A stretch of 36,101 nucleotides of DNA, taken from contig CAZODG010000003.1 in NCBI GenBank assembly GCA_964578525.1, positions 1-36,101 of the forward strand, given 5' to 3'. A program made the position numbers and the translations under genes. The notes below the pieces were generated by a model, which ran no database searches, had not been told where the DNA came from, and worked only from the letters and a program-made list of their open reading frames with translations. This document shows positions 9,260 to 17,432 of the stretch, piece after piece; positions within the stretch are counted from its first letter, which is position 1, and each line of letters begins with the position of its first letter. The stretch is from an uncultured Actinomycetota bacterium. Its GTDB lineage: Bacteria > Actinomycetota > Humimicrobiia > Humimicrobiales > Humimicrobiaceae.

Positions 9260-10075
9260 ATGCTTAATTCAGAAGATTTATTTGATCTTTCCCAAACAAG
9301 GTTCAAAGGCCTTTTTGAAGATACTGAATATGTATGGGATGCCCTTAAAAAACTAAAGAAATATATCGGGGATAACCTCAGGCCTAATGTTTCCGGTTTA
9401 AGGAAGAAAGGCGAAATACTTTTAAACCAAACCCTGGTCCTATATGATGATGAAGTCATTGAAGCAGGATTCGATGTCAGCATATCTAAAAAGAAATTAA
9501 TCATAAAAAAAGACGGCGAGTTTCTCGATGGTGCAAGCGTGATTTATGCAGGAGCTGTCCTTATGGATAATGAAATATATATCGGGAAAGGTACGATTGT
9601 AGAGCCGGGCGTATTGATAAAAGGACCGGCCATTATTGGCGATAATACCGAACTGCGCCAGGGAGCATATCTAAGAGGCGATACACTGGTCGGAAACGGA
9701 TGCGTAGTCGGACATACAACTGAATTAAAATCCTGCGCAATGCTTGGTGAAAGCAAAGCGGGACATTTTGCATATATCGGAGACAGTATTCTCGGTAAAG
9801 TTAATCTGGGTGCGGGAACAAAACTGGCAAATTTAAAGATAGTCGAATCAGATGTCGTGATCAGCATAGAAGGTAAAAAATACGAAACGGGTTTAAGGAA
9901 ATTTGGAGCAATACTTGCAGATGGCGTAGAGACGGGATGTAATAGCGTTACATCTCCGGGGACCATACTCGGGAAGGATGTGCTCTTATACCCGAATACG
10001 ACTGCAAGAGGTTACTGTCCTCCAAAAACCATAATAAAGCTGGAACAGACACAAATACTAAAACAAAGGATATAG
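9260..10075 (+). CDS. GlmU-like left-handed beta-helix acetyltransferase (no nucleotidyltransferase domain); probable GlcN-1-P N-acetyltransferase
   Basis: Hexapeptide repeats with AGHFAYIGDSILG.VNLGAGT.LAN and GLRKFGAILAD...TGCNSV..PG. No N-terminal LAAGxGxR motif; only 271 aa. Confidence 0.8.
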   Translation: MLNSEDLFDLSQTRFKGLFEDTEYVWDALKKLKKYIGDNLRPNVSGLRKKGEILLNQTLVLYDDEVIEAGFDVSISKKKLIIKKDGEFLDGASVIYAGAVLMDNEIYIGKGTIVEPGVLIKGPAIIGDNTELRQGAYLRGDTLVGNGCVVGHTTELKSCAMLGESKAGHFAYIGDSILGKVNLGAGTKLANLKIVESDVVISIEGKKYETGLRKFGAILADGVETGCNSVTSPGTILGKDVLLYPNTTARGYCPPKTIIKLEQTQILKQRI

Positions 10076-10133
10076 CTTCGTAAGCGCTGAGAACAGGAAG
10101 ATAAGTCAGTGACTAAAAAAAGGAGATAAAGAT

Positions 10134-11483
10134 ATGAGTAAGTTATTCGGAACAGATGGGATCAGAGGAGTTGCGAATCAATATCCGATAACTCCTGACA
10201 TGATTGCGCAAATCGGGCAGGCAACTGCTTATATATTAAAAAAAAGAAAACACCGTTTGAGGATTGTCATAGGAAAGGATACCAGACTATCCGGTTATAT
10301 GATAGAAAGCGCTCTTGTATCAGGCATATGCTCGATGGGAACGGATGTAATACTTGTTGGTCCCGTACCGACACCCGGCATAGCTTTTTTGACCATTAAT
10401 CTCGATGCCGACGCGGGGATAGTGATTTCAGCTTCGCATAATCCCTATCAGGATAATGGAATTAAAATATTTTCAAATAGCGGATACAAACTGAACGATG
10501 AAGCAGAATTGAAAATCGAAGAGCTGATACTATCACAGAAACTTCCGACTCTTCTTACAAATGCCGAAAACCTTGGTCATGTTTATAGAGAAGAAGACGC
10601 CAGCGGAAGGTATATCGTATTTCTCAAAAATTCTTTTCCCGCCAGTCTTGATCTCGAAGGAATGAAGATCGTACTTGATTGTGCAAATGGAGCCACTTAT
10701 AAAGTCGCCCCCACGTTGTTAAAAGAAATGAGGGCCGATATCATTGCTCTGAATATAAGCCCGAATGGACAGAATATTAATCTGGATTGCGGTTCCCTGT
10801 ATCCCGAAACCCTTGCAAAGAAAGTGGTCGAGTCCGGAGCAGATATTGGGCTCGCTTTTGATGGTGACGGAGACAGGCTGATAGCAATAGATGAAAAAGG
10901 CAATATAGTCAATGGCGATAAGATAATTGCAATTTGCGCAAAGAAATTGAAGGAAGAAGGCAAGCTTAAAAATAACACGGTAGTTACGACCGTGATGAGC
11001 AATCTGGGTCTTTCCGTAGCATTCAAGGAGATGGATATAAAAAATGTGACAACAAAAGTCGGCGACAGATATGTTTTAGAAGAAATGATAAAAAACGACA
11101 GCATTATAGGGGGAGAGGATTCGGGCCATATCATTTTCAAGGAGTATCATACTACGGGAGATGGTATTTTGACCGCGCTGCAGCTTTTATCTGTTATGAA
11201 AAAAGATAAAAAAACGCTTTCTGAGCTGACAAAGGTAATGAAGACATTCCCCCAGGTTTTAATAAATATAAAGGTTAAAAGAAAAGCCCCGCTTGAAGAA
11301 ATACCTGAACTTAAGAGTGTAATCGCAGAAGTCGAAAGAGAACTCGCTGACAGAGGCAGGGTTCTTGTAAGATATTCCGGCACCCAGTCTGTTTGCAGGG
11401 TAATGCTGGAAGGTCCCAATAAAAGCGATACAGAAAGACTTGCAGATAAAATAGTAAAAGTGGTGGAAGATAAATTGAATTAA
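10134..11483 (+). CDS. glmM: Phosphoglucosamine mutase
   Basis: Motifs FGTDGIRG, GIVISASHNP (phospho-Ser), DGDGDR, GGEDSGH and RYSGT. Confidence 0.97.
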   Translation: MSKLFGTDGIRGVANQYPITPDMIAQIGQATAYILKKRKHRLRIVIGKDTRLSGYMIESALVSGICSMGTDVILVGPVPTPGIAFLTINLDADAGIVISASHNPYQDNGIKIFSNSGYKLNDEAELKIEELILSQKLPTLLTNAENLGHVYREEDASGRYIVFLKNSFPASLDLEGMKIVLDCANGATYKVAPTLLKEMRADIIALNISPNGQNINLDCGSLYPETLAKKVVESGADIGLAFDGDGDRLIAIDEKGNIVNGDKIIAICAKKLKEEGKLKNNTVVTTVMSNLGLSVAFKEMDIKNVTTKVGDRYVLEEMIKNDSIIGGEDSGHIIFKEYHTTGDGILTALQLLSVMKKDKKTLSELTKVMKTFPQVLINIKVKRKAPLEEIPELKSVIAEVERELADRGRVLVRYSGTQSVCRVMLEGPNKSDTERLADKIVKVVEDKLN

Positions 11484-11599
11484 CGAACCGGTCATTATAA
11501 CCTGGCATCGGCTGATCCTCCGGGATTTCTTTTGGATAATATACAAAGAGATCAAACATTTTATTGCTTTCATCATACTGTCATCCAGGTTTGTGGTTT

Positions 11600-12502
11600 A
11601 TGATAAATAAAATTACCGAACTTCTAACAGAACACGGTCCCTTAACCGGGAAGGAACTCTGCGGCAAGACTATGCTGGATGAACTCTCTTTATGGCGCCT
11701 TTGCAGCAGTTCCGATAAAATCATTTTAAAAACATTCGGAAAAAGATTTTTGAGGCTCGATGCGAGAGTCGAGGGATACGCAAGACTTTCCCCTTCCATA
11801 AAAAGGGAATTCCTGACTTATACCGTTATAGGGCTGGAGAAAGATTCCGGGAAAATCGATAAGATAGCAGATTCGCTTTATAATAAAATAAGAAATATAA
11901 GCAGGCAAAAATTTGAACTTGCCCGGGAAATAATAAAAAAAATAACAGAAGGTCAGGCAGAACCGGAGATTATAACCAGCGGTGCCTGCTTTATTATTGC
12001 CGGCGATATAGTTTATGAAATGGCGCACTCGGAACCAAGACCCGAGAAATCGACAGGGAAACTCGTAAGAGGTTCCGATATTGATATTGTGGTAGTTACC
12101 GAAAATCTGCCTGAGAGTACAATAAAAAATATCGACAGCTCGATATATCAGGAAAAATATTACCTTATTAAGAATCCCGGTTACAGGGAAGAGATAGACT
12201 ATATCGTAAAAGATATACAAAAAGTACGGGAACAATTAAAATTCGATACTTTTAAATCTATGATTGCATCAAAGATCCTGAGTGAGGGAGAATTCCTCTA
12301 CGGAAGCCGTAATATTTTTGAGAAGATCAAAGAGATGCTTTTAAAATCTAAAATTCCGGAAAAATTACTCGCTATAGAAGAAAAAGCGGCAGTTAACAGA
12401 GAGAAAGCAATATCTTGCCTTCTTAATAGTACGGAGCTGCTTCCCGAAGAGCAGTACATGAAACTATTCTATACAAAACAGGAAAAAGAAGAAATCTTTT
12501 AA
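11600..12502 (+). CDS. Uncharacterised protein: N-terminal HTH-like segment plus Pol-beta-like nucleotidyltransferase motifs
   Basis: N-terminal ELLTEHGPLTGKEL (winged-helix-like), FIIAGDIV...SDIDIVVV and a downstream EEIDYIV. ATG 11600 preferred over the track's TTG 11564. Confidence 0.6.
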   Translation: MINKITELLTEHGPLTGKELCGKTMLDELSLWRLCSSSDKIILKTFGKRFLRLDARVEGYARLSPSIKREFLTYTVIGLEKDSGKIDKIADSLYNKIRNISRQKFELAREIIKKITEGQAEPEIITSGACFIIAGDIVYEMAHSEPRPEKSTGKLVRGSDIDIVVVTENLPESTIKNIDSSIYQEKYYLIKNPGYREEIDYIVKDIQKVREQLKFDTFKSMIASKILSEGEFLYGSRNIFEKIKEMLLKSKIPEKLLAIEEKAAVNREKAISCLLNSTELLPEEQYMKLFYTKQEKEEIF

Positions 12503-13329
12503 GACTGAGATATCGAGCCTGACCTGTGATCCGACTTTAATTTTTCAACATGTCTGTAATGGTCAGTATTTTGTAGTTCCGAGGCGGCATCTTCGTCAAG
12601 GACAACAGTTGCCTCTCCACCGTAAAGCTGTATTGCCGATGCTGTGATCTGCGATGTTACGGGTCCTTCAAGCGCTTTTGCTATGACTTTTGCTTTTTTC
12701 TTTCCGCTGGCAAGCATGATCAGCTGCCTTGCTTCGAGAATCGTTCCGATCCCCATCGTGATTGCAAAATACGGCATATCTTCTCTTCCTATGTTTGCTT
12801 TCTTATAGAAACTCTCATAATTATCATCCAGGGTCTGTTTTGTCAATGGTTCGACTCTGGTTCTGGAAGACAGAGAGGAACCGGGTTCATTGAATGCCCA
12901 GTGGCCGTCGCCGCCTATCCCGAGAAGCTGCAGGTCTATTCCTCCTGCTTTTTTTATCTCATCTTCATACCACTTACAAAACTTATCAGGTTCTCTTGAA
13001 AACCCGTCAGGAACATGAGTGTTATCCTTTTTGATATTTATATGTCTGAAAAACTCTTCGTACATAAACCTCGCATAACTCTGGTCCAGATGATACGGCT
13101 TATCAAGATCGATTCCGACACCAAGATACTCATCAAGATTAAAAGTTTTGACTTCCGAAAAATCAAGCCCACGACTGTGCATCTTTATTAGTTCTCTGTA
13201 TGTCCCTATCGGGGTACCTCCTGTTGCAAGTCCGAGGACACAATCAGGCTTCGATTTTATGCATTTTGCTATGATCCCGTCGGCATATTTGCTCATCAGA
13301 TCATAATTTTCTCTTATAATGACATCCAT
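12499..13329 (-). CDS. nagB: Glucosamine-6-phosphate deaminase
   Basis: Motifs LGLATGGTP, TFNLDEY, IDLQLLGIG.DGH.AFNEPGS and AITMGIGTI. Likely start MDVIIREN at 13329 with AGAAGGT upstream. Its stop overlaps the convergent gene's stop at TTAA 12499-12502. Confidence 0.96.
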   Translation of the reverse strand: MDVIIRENYDLMSKYADGIIAKCIKSKPDCVLGLATGGTPIGTYRELIKMHSRGLDFSEVKTFNLDEYLGVGIDLDKPYHLDQSYARFMYEEFFRHINIKKDNTHVPDGFSREPDKFCKWYEDEIKKAGGIDLQLLGIGGDGHWAFNEPGSSLSSRTRVEPLTKQTLDDNYESFYKKANIGREDMPYFAITMGIGTILEARQLIMLASGKKKAKVIAKALEGPVTSQITASAIQLYGGEATVVLDEDAASELQNTDHYRHVEKLKSDHRSGSISQS

Positions 13330-13623
13330 AAGTACCTTCTTTGAAATCAGTTTAAAAAATACTTGATTATTATCTCTGTTTTTTAATATTCTGTATAGAA
13401 AAATTTTCTCCAAAAAATGGTTGTGGTAAATAAGGCAATAAGCAAAGCAGGTGCTTTTATAAGAGGCAGTAGAATTTTATTCCTTTTCAATGGTATCTAC
13501 TGGAATGATGATCATCAATATTATATAAATATTAAAGATACGATATTTTAGCAGGCTATAGAAATTGTAAACTTATTTACAATTTACAAATAACCTGCTC
13601 TTGGTTAAATAAGAATTATTTTT

Positions 13624-13897
13624 TTATGCTTTTGGCTCAGTATTATTCTTGATTTCAGTAAGAGTTTCGTTCATACGGAAGAATAAGATCAATATCTCAC
13701 AATATATTCTTACACCAATAGGTCCTAATAAAATATATGCCAGCCCGATTAAGATTGAGGTTCCACCACCCCATGGCAAACTTGCACCTATACCAATCAT
13801 AACGAAACCAAGAATAACGAATCCCACTACACCAATCCAAAATATAACCTGAATAATTACCGGAGTTATCATTCTACGAAACGAGAAAATCCTTCAT
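13624..13897 (-). CDS. DUF4282-family membrane protein with an apparent 2-nt frameshift near its 5' end
   Basis: MITPVIIQVIFWIG...RIYCEILILFFRMNETL is the DUF4282 pattern. The strong SD AAGGAGGAG precedes an out-of-frame ATG at 13897; the intact frame spans 13624-13872. Confidence 0.7.
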
Positions 13898-14269
13898 TTT
13901 TCTCCTCCTTTTTGAATAGTTTAAGATTGTTTTTGTAAGATATATTTTGATTTTACGATTTTATAATAACATATAATTAATGTATTATAAATGTATGTTA
14001 CTTTACTAAAATATATTTCAAAGATTTGTTTAATTATCATGAATTACCTGATTTTTCATAGCTTTTATCATAGTACTAAATTAATATTTTTTCACCGGGT
14101 TGTATTAATTTTGAATAAAAGAAACAGGAAAAATTAGAATACTGGAAAAGTTTAAATTCAAAATAGATTATAATCGTGGAGTCGTACATACATCGAAGTT
14201 TTAAATATCACCTGGTTTGTTATATAATCACTCTGAATTATTCATATGTGAATGGAAAAAGGAGAAAGA

Positions 14270-15055
14270 ATGAAAAATAAAATTATAAGAATATCATTGT
14301 TTTTTATAGTCTCATTAATTTCAGTCTTCGCGGCAGTAGCACTTTCAGGATGCCTGGATGGGGAAATAGCTCCCTATAGTACCGAAAGTGAAAGTTTAAC
14401 CGGGGACCTTCAGAATACGATATCCGTAACAGGTTCGGGCACGGTTAAAGTCATTCCGGATGAAGTTTTTATAGATATATCGGTAGTAACGGAAAAATCT
14501 TCAACTAAGAGCGCAGTAGATGAGAATAGCCGGGTCTCCGAAGAAATAATTTCTGCAATAGAAGCTTTAAATGCTGAAAATCTTACAATAGAAACAACCG
14601 GTTTCAACCTCAATCCTTTATATGATTATTCGCAGAAAAACAAACCGCCGAGGATCTATGCATATCAGGTCGTGAGCACCCTGAAGGTAACAACAACCGA
14701 TCTGGAAATAATCGGGGAGATAATTGCCACTGCAACGGAGTCCGGCGCAAATGATATATCATCGATAGGTTTTGACTTTACTGATGAATCAAAGAAGACG
14801 GCGGTAAATGATGCGCTTGCAGAGGCGTCAAAAGATGCGGACAATAAGGCACATGCTATCGCAAATTCAGCAGGTCTGGTCATAAGCCGGATTCTTTATA
14901 TATCCGAAAGTGGAACGTCATATCCGGGGCCGCTTTATTCGATATCGAAATTAGATGAAGGCATAGAAGCCTTAGACGGGATTACAACCCCTACGATTCT
15001 GCCTCAGGAAATAGAAATCACGGCAAACATAAATATTGTATATTTATTTGAATAA
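14270..15055 (+). CDS. SIMPL/DUF541-domain lipoprotein
   Basis: Signal peptide with LSGC lipobox; motifs TISVTGSGTVKVIPD and A..KA.AIA...G. ATG 14270 follows SD AAGGAG. Confidence 0.88.
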   Translation: MKNKIIRISLFFIVSLISVFAAVALSGCLDGEIAPYSTESESLTGDLQNTISVTGSGTVKVIPDEVFIDISVVTEKSSTKSAVDENSRVSEEIISAIEALNAENLTIETTGFNLNPLYDYSQKNKPPRIYAYQVVSTLKVTTTDLEIIGEIIATATESGANDISSIGFDFTDESKKTAVNDALAEASKDADNKAHAIANSAGLVISRILYISESGTSYPGPLYSISKLDEGIEALDGITTPTILPQEIEITANINIVYLFE

Positions 15056-15129
15056 CCACAGGAATTTTTACGGGTTGGAAATATAGATAACTTTTAAAAA
15101 ATTGTTAATAAATACTGCGGGAGATCTTA

Positions 15130-16995
15130 ATGTGTGGAATAGTTGCATGTGTGGGAAATGAAAAATGTAAAGATATATTGATAAACGGGCTCAAACGGTT
15201 GGAATACAGAGGTTATGATTCGGCCGGTATTGCCATGATAGGGAGAAATCAAGATGAAGTCACAGATTTGACGGCGGGTTCGACGAATTTAAAGATAAAT
15301 GTCGTCAAAGAAGCAGGAAAAATCAGTATACTGGAAAAAGAAGTAAATGATTCAAAAATAGATGGAAACTGCGGGATCGGGCATACCAGATGGGCAACTC
15401 ACGGAGAACCGACTAAAATAAACGCCCATCCCCACCTGGATGAAAGCGGCGGTATTGCGGTTGTCCACAATGGAATAATAGAAAACTATGCTGAGCTAAA
15501 AGAGAAACTTAAAAAAGAGGGACATAAATTTATTTCACAAACCGATTCCGAAGTATTGCCCCATCTGCTTGAGAAATACTATGACGGAGATTTGCTTTCA
15601 GCAATGCAGAAGGTCATAAAGAAAATAAAAGGATCCGGGACCATTGTGGCAATTTCTGTAAATAATCCTGGTGAAATAATCGGGGCAAGGATCACCAGCC
15701 CTCTGGTCGTGGGAATTTCGGGAAATGGAAACTTTCTTGCTTCGGATATACCTGCAGTGCTTGAATATACAAAAAATTTTATCGTAATAAATGATTTCGA
15801 GACCGTAAGGCTGACCGCGGATAAAGTGGAAATTTTTAATAGTGATGGGAAGCCGGTCAGGAGAGAATCCTTCAAAGTCGACTGGGATATCATAAGTGCC
15901 GAAAAAGGCGGATACGAAGATTTCATGTTAAAAGAAATATTCGAACAGCCTTATGGAGTCAAAGAAACTATGAGAGGAAGACTGGTAGACGGAAAGCTGA
16001 ATTTCGATGAACTTGGCATGATGCCCGAAGAGATCAAAAGCCTGAAGAAAATCCGGATAATCGCATGCGGGACATCTTATCATACGGCTTTGATCGGAAA
16101 ACAGGTCATAGAGAAATGGGCAAGAATTCCGGTTGAAGTGGATTTTTCATCGGAATATAGATACAGGGATAAACTTGCCGAAGATAATTGTTTATTTATT
16201 GCCATAACCCAATCGGGAGAAACTATTGATACTCTTGCAGCAATCAGAGAAGCAAAATCCGGTGGAGCAAGAATAGTGGCCATTACAAATGTAGTGGGGA
16301 GTACCGTAGCAAGAGAATCAAATGCAGTGATCTATACATATGCCGGTCCTGAAATAGGCGTGTGTGCCACAAAAACATATACGGCGCAGATCATGGTCAT
16401 GTATCTTATGGCTTTATATTTTGCCAGAGTCAAGAGGCTTGTCGATAAAAACAAATTTGAAAGAATAATCGGACAATTGAAAACCATACCAGATAAAATA
16501 CAAAATATACTCAAGCGCGCAGATGAAATAAAGAAAATTGCCGATAAAACTTATAAATATACATGTTTTCTCTTTCTGGGAAGGATTTTCGGGCTGCCGA
16601 CCGCACTGGAAGGAGCATTGAAACTTAAAGAAATTTCTTATATCCATGCAGAGGGATATCCGGCAGGCGAAATGAAACATGGTCCGATAGCCCTTACGGA
16701 TTCAAAAACAATAGTGGTAGGAATTATGCCTCATGATTCGGTTTACGAAAAGATATTGAGCAATATTCAGGAAGTAAAAGCAAGAAAAGCAACTATATTT
16801 TCCATAATCAGTGAAAGTGATAAAAATACGCAAAAATATTCGGATTATGTTTTCCGGATACCCGAAATACAGGAGGAATTATACGCTATCTTAACCATTA
16901 TCCCTGTCCAATTATATTCTTATTATATTGCTAAAAACCTGGATAGAAACGTGGATCAGCCAAGAAATCTTGCAAAGAGCGTCACAGTGGAGTAA
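15130..16995 (+). CDS. glmS: Glutamine--fructose-6-phosphate aminotransferase
   Basis: Motifs MCGIV, LEYRGYDSAG, GHTRWATHG, EGALKLKEISY and PRNLAKSVTVE. Confidence 0.99.
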   Translation: MCGIVACVGNEKCKDILINGLKRLEYRGYDSAGIAMIGRNQDEVTDLTAGSTNLKINVVKEAGKISILEKEVNDSKIDGNCGIGHTRWATHGEPTKINAHPHLDESGGIAVVHNGIIENYAELKEKLKKEGHKFISQTDSEVLPHLLEKYYDGDLLSAMQKVIKKIKGSGTIVAISVNNPGEIIGARITSPLVVGISGNGNFLASDIPAVLEYTKNFIVINDFETVRLTADKVEIFNSDGKPVRRESFKVDWDIISAEKGGYEDFMLKEIFEQPYGVKETMRGRLVDGKLNFDELGMMPEEIKSLKKIRIIACGTSYHTALIGKQVIEKWARIPVEVDFSSEYRYRDKLAEDNCLFIAITQSGETIDTLAAIREAKSGGARIVAITNVVGSTVARESNAVIYTYAGPEIGVCATKTYTAQIMVMYLMALYFARVKRLVDKNKFERIIGQLKTIPDKIQNILKRADEIKKIADKTYKYTCFLFLGRIFGLPTALEGALKLKEISYIHAEGYPAGEMKHGPIALTDSKTIVVGIMPHDSVYEKILSNIQEVKARKATIFSIISESDKNTQKYSDYVFRIPEIQEELYAILTIIPVQLYSYYIAKNLDRNVDQPRNLAKSVTVE

Positions 16996-17001
16996 ATATT
17001 T

Positions 17002-17382
17002 ATGGAAATATTCGGGATCGGCACAGATATAATAGAGGTAAAAAGAATTAAATCTGCCATCAAGGATAATTCAGGATTTTTACGCAGGGTATATACCGGA
17101 AATGAAATAGAATATTGTGACAGGAAAAATAAAGGTATGTATCAGAGTCTTGCGGCACGTTTCGCGGCAAAAGAGGCAGTTTCCAAATCACTTGCCGAAG
17201 GGATAAGCAGAAACGTATCGCTAAATGAGATCGAACTTATGAATATGGAAAGCGGGGCCCCCTATATTAAGCTATACGGGAAAACCTTTGAATTTGTAAA
17301 GAGCCTCAAAATAAAAGAGATAAAAATATCGGTTTCGACAACAGAAAATTTTGCCGTTGCATATGCAGTTGCAATTATATGA
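17002..17382 (+). CDS. acpS: Holo-[acyl-carrier-protein] synthase
   Basis: Motifs GIGTDIIEV.RI and LAARFAAKEA. Confidence 0.95.
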   Translation: MEIFGIGTDIIEVKRIKSAIKDNSGFLRRVYTGNEIEYCDRKNKGMYQSLAARFAAKEAVSKSLAEGISRNVSLNEIELMNMESGAPYIKLYGKTFEFVKSLKIKEIKISVSTTENFAVAYAVAII

Positions 17383-17414
17383 TTTATGAGGAAGAATAAT
17401 TGTTTAGTATCAGG

Positions 17415-17423
17415 TGATATAAT
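17415..17423 (+). promoter_or_regulatory. Extended -10 element upstream of nnr
   Basis: TGATATAAT ends 9 nt before the nnr ATG. Confidence 0.4.
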
Positions 17424-17432
17424 TTTTATAAA

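Noticed and set aside
10076-10133. TAAGCGCTGAGAAC before glmM, resembling the 5' end of a glmS ribozyme
   Set aside because: The region is 58 nt, with no GACGAGG or P2 elements.
11600-12502. MNT-HEPN, AbiE or CBASS defence system
   Set aside because: No HEPN, toxin or effector partner nearby, and the context is amino-sugar metabolism.
13463-13475. AGGCAGTAGAA shared in reverse orientation with about 33347-33357
   Set aside because: An 11-nt match with only weak flanking similarity; insufficient to call a repeat element.
13920-14250. Very AT-rich stretch as a possible CRISPR leader, replication origin or mobile-element end
   Set aside because: No repeat array, DnaA-box cluster or terminal repeats; consistent with a divergent promoter region.
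15056-15129. glmS ribozyme upstream of glmS
   Set aside because: The gap is only 74 nt and lacks the AGCGC...GACGAGG core.
15116-15132. Similar start context TGCGG(G)AGATCTTAA(A)TG at glmS and at 21478-21494
   Set aside because: Two short copies centred on the SD and start codon; explained by RBS composition.
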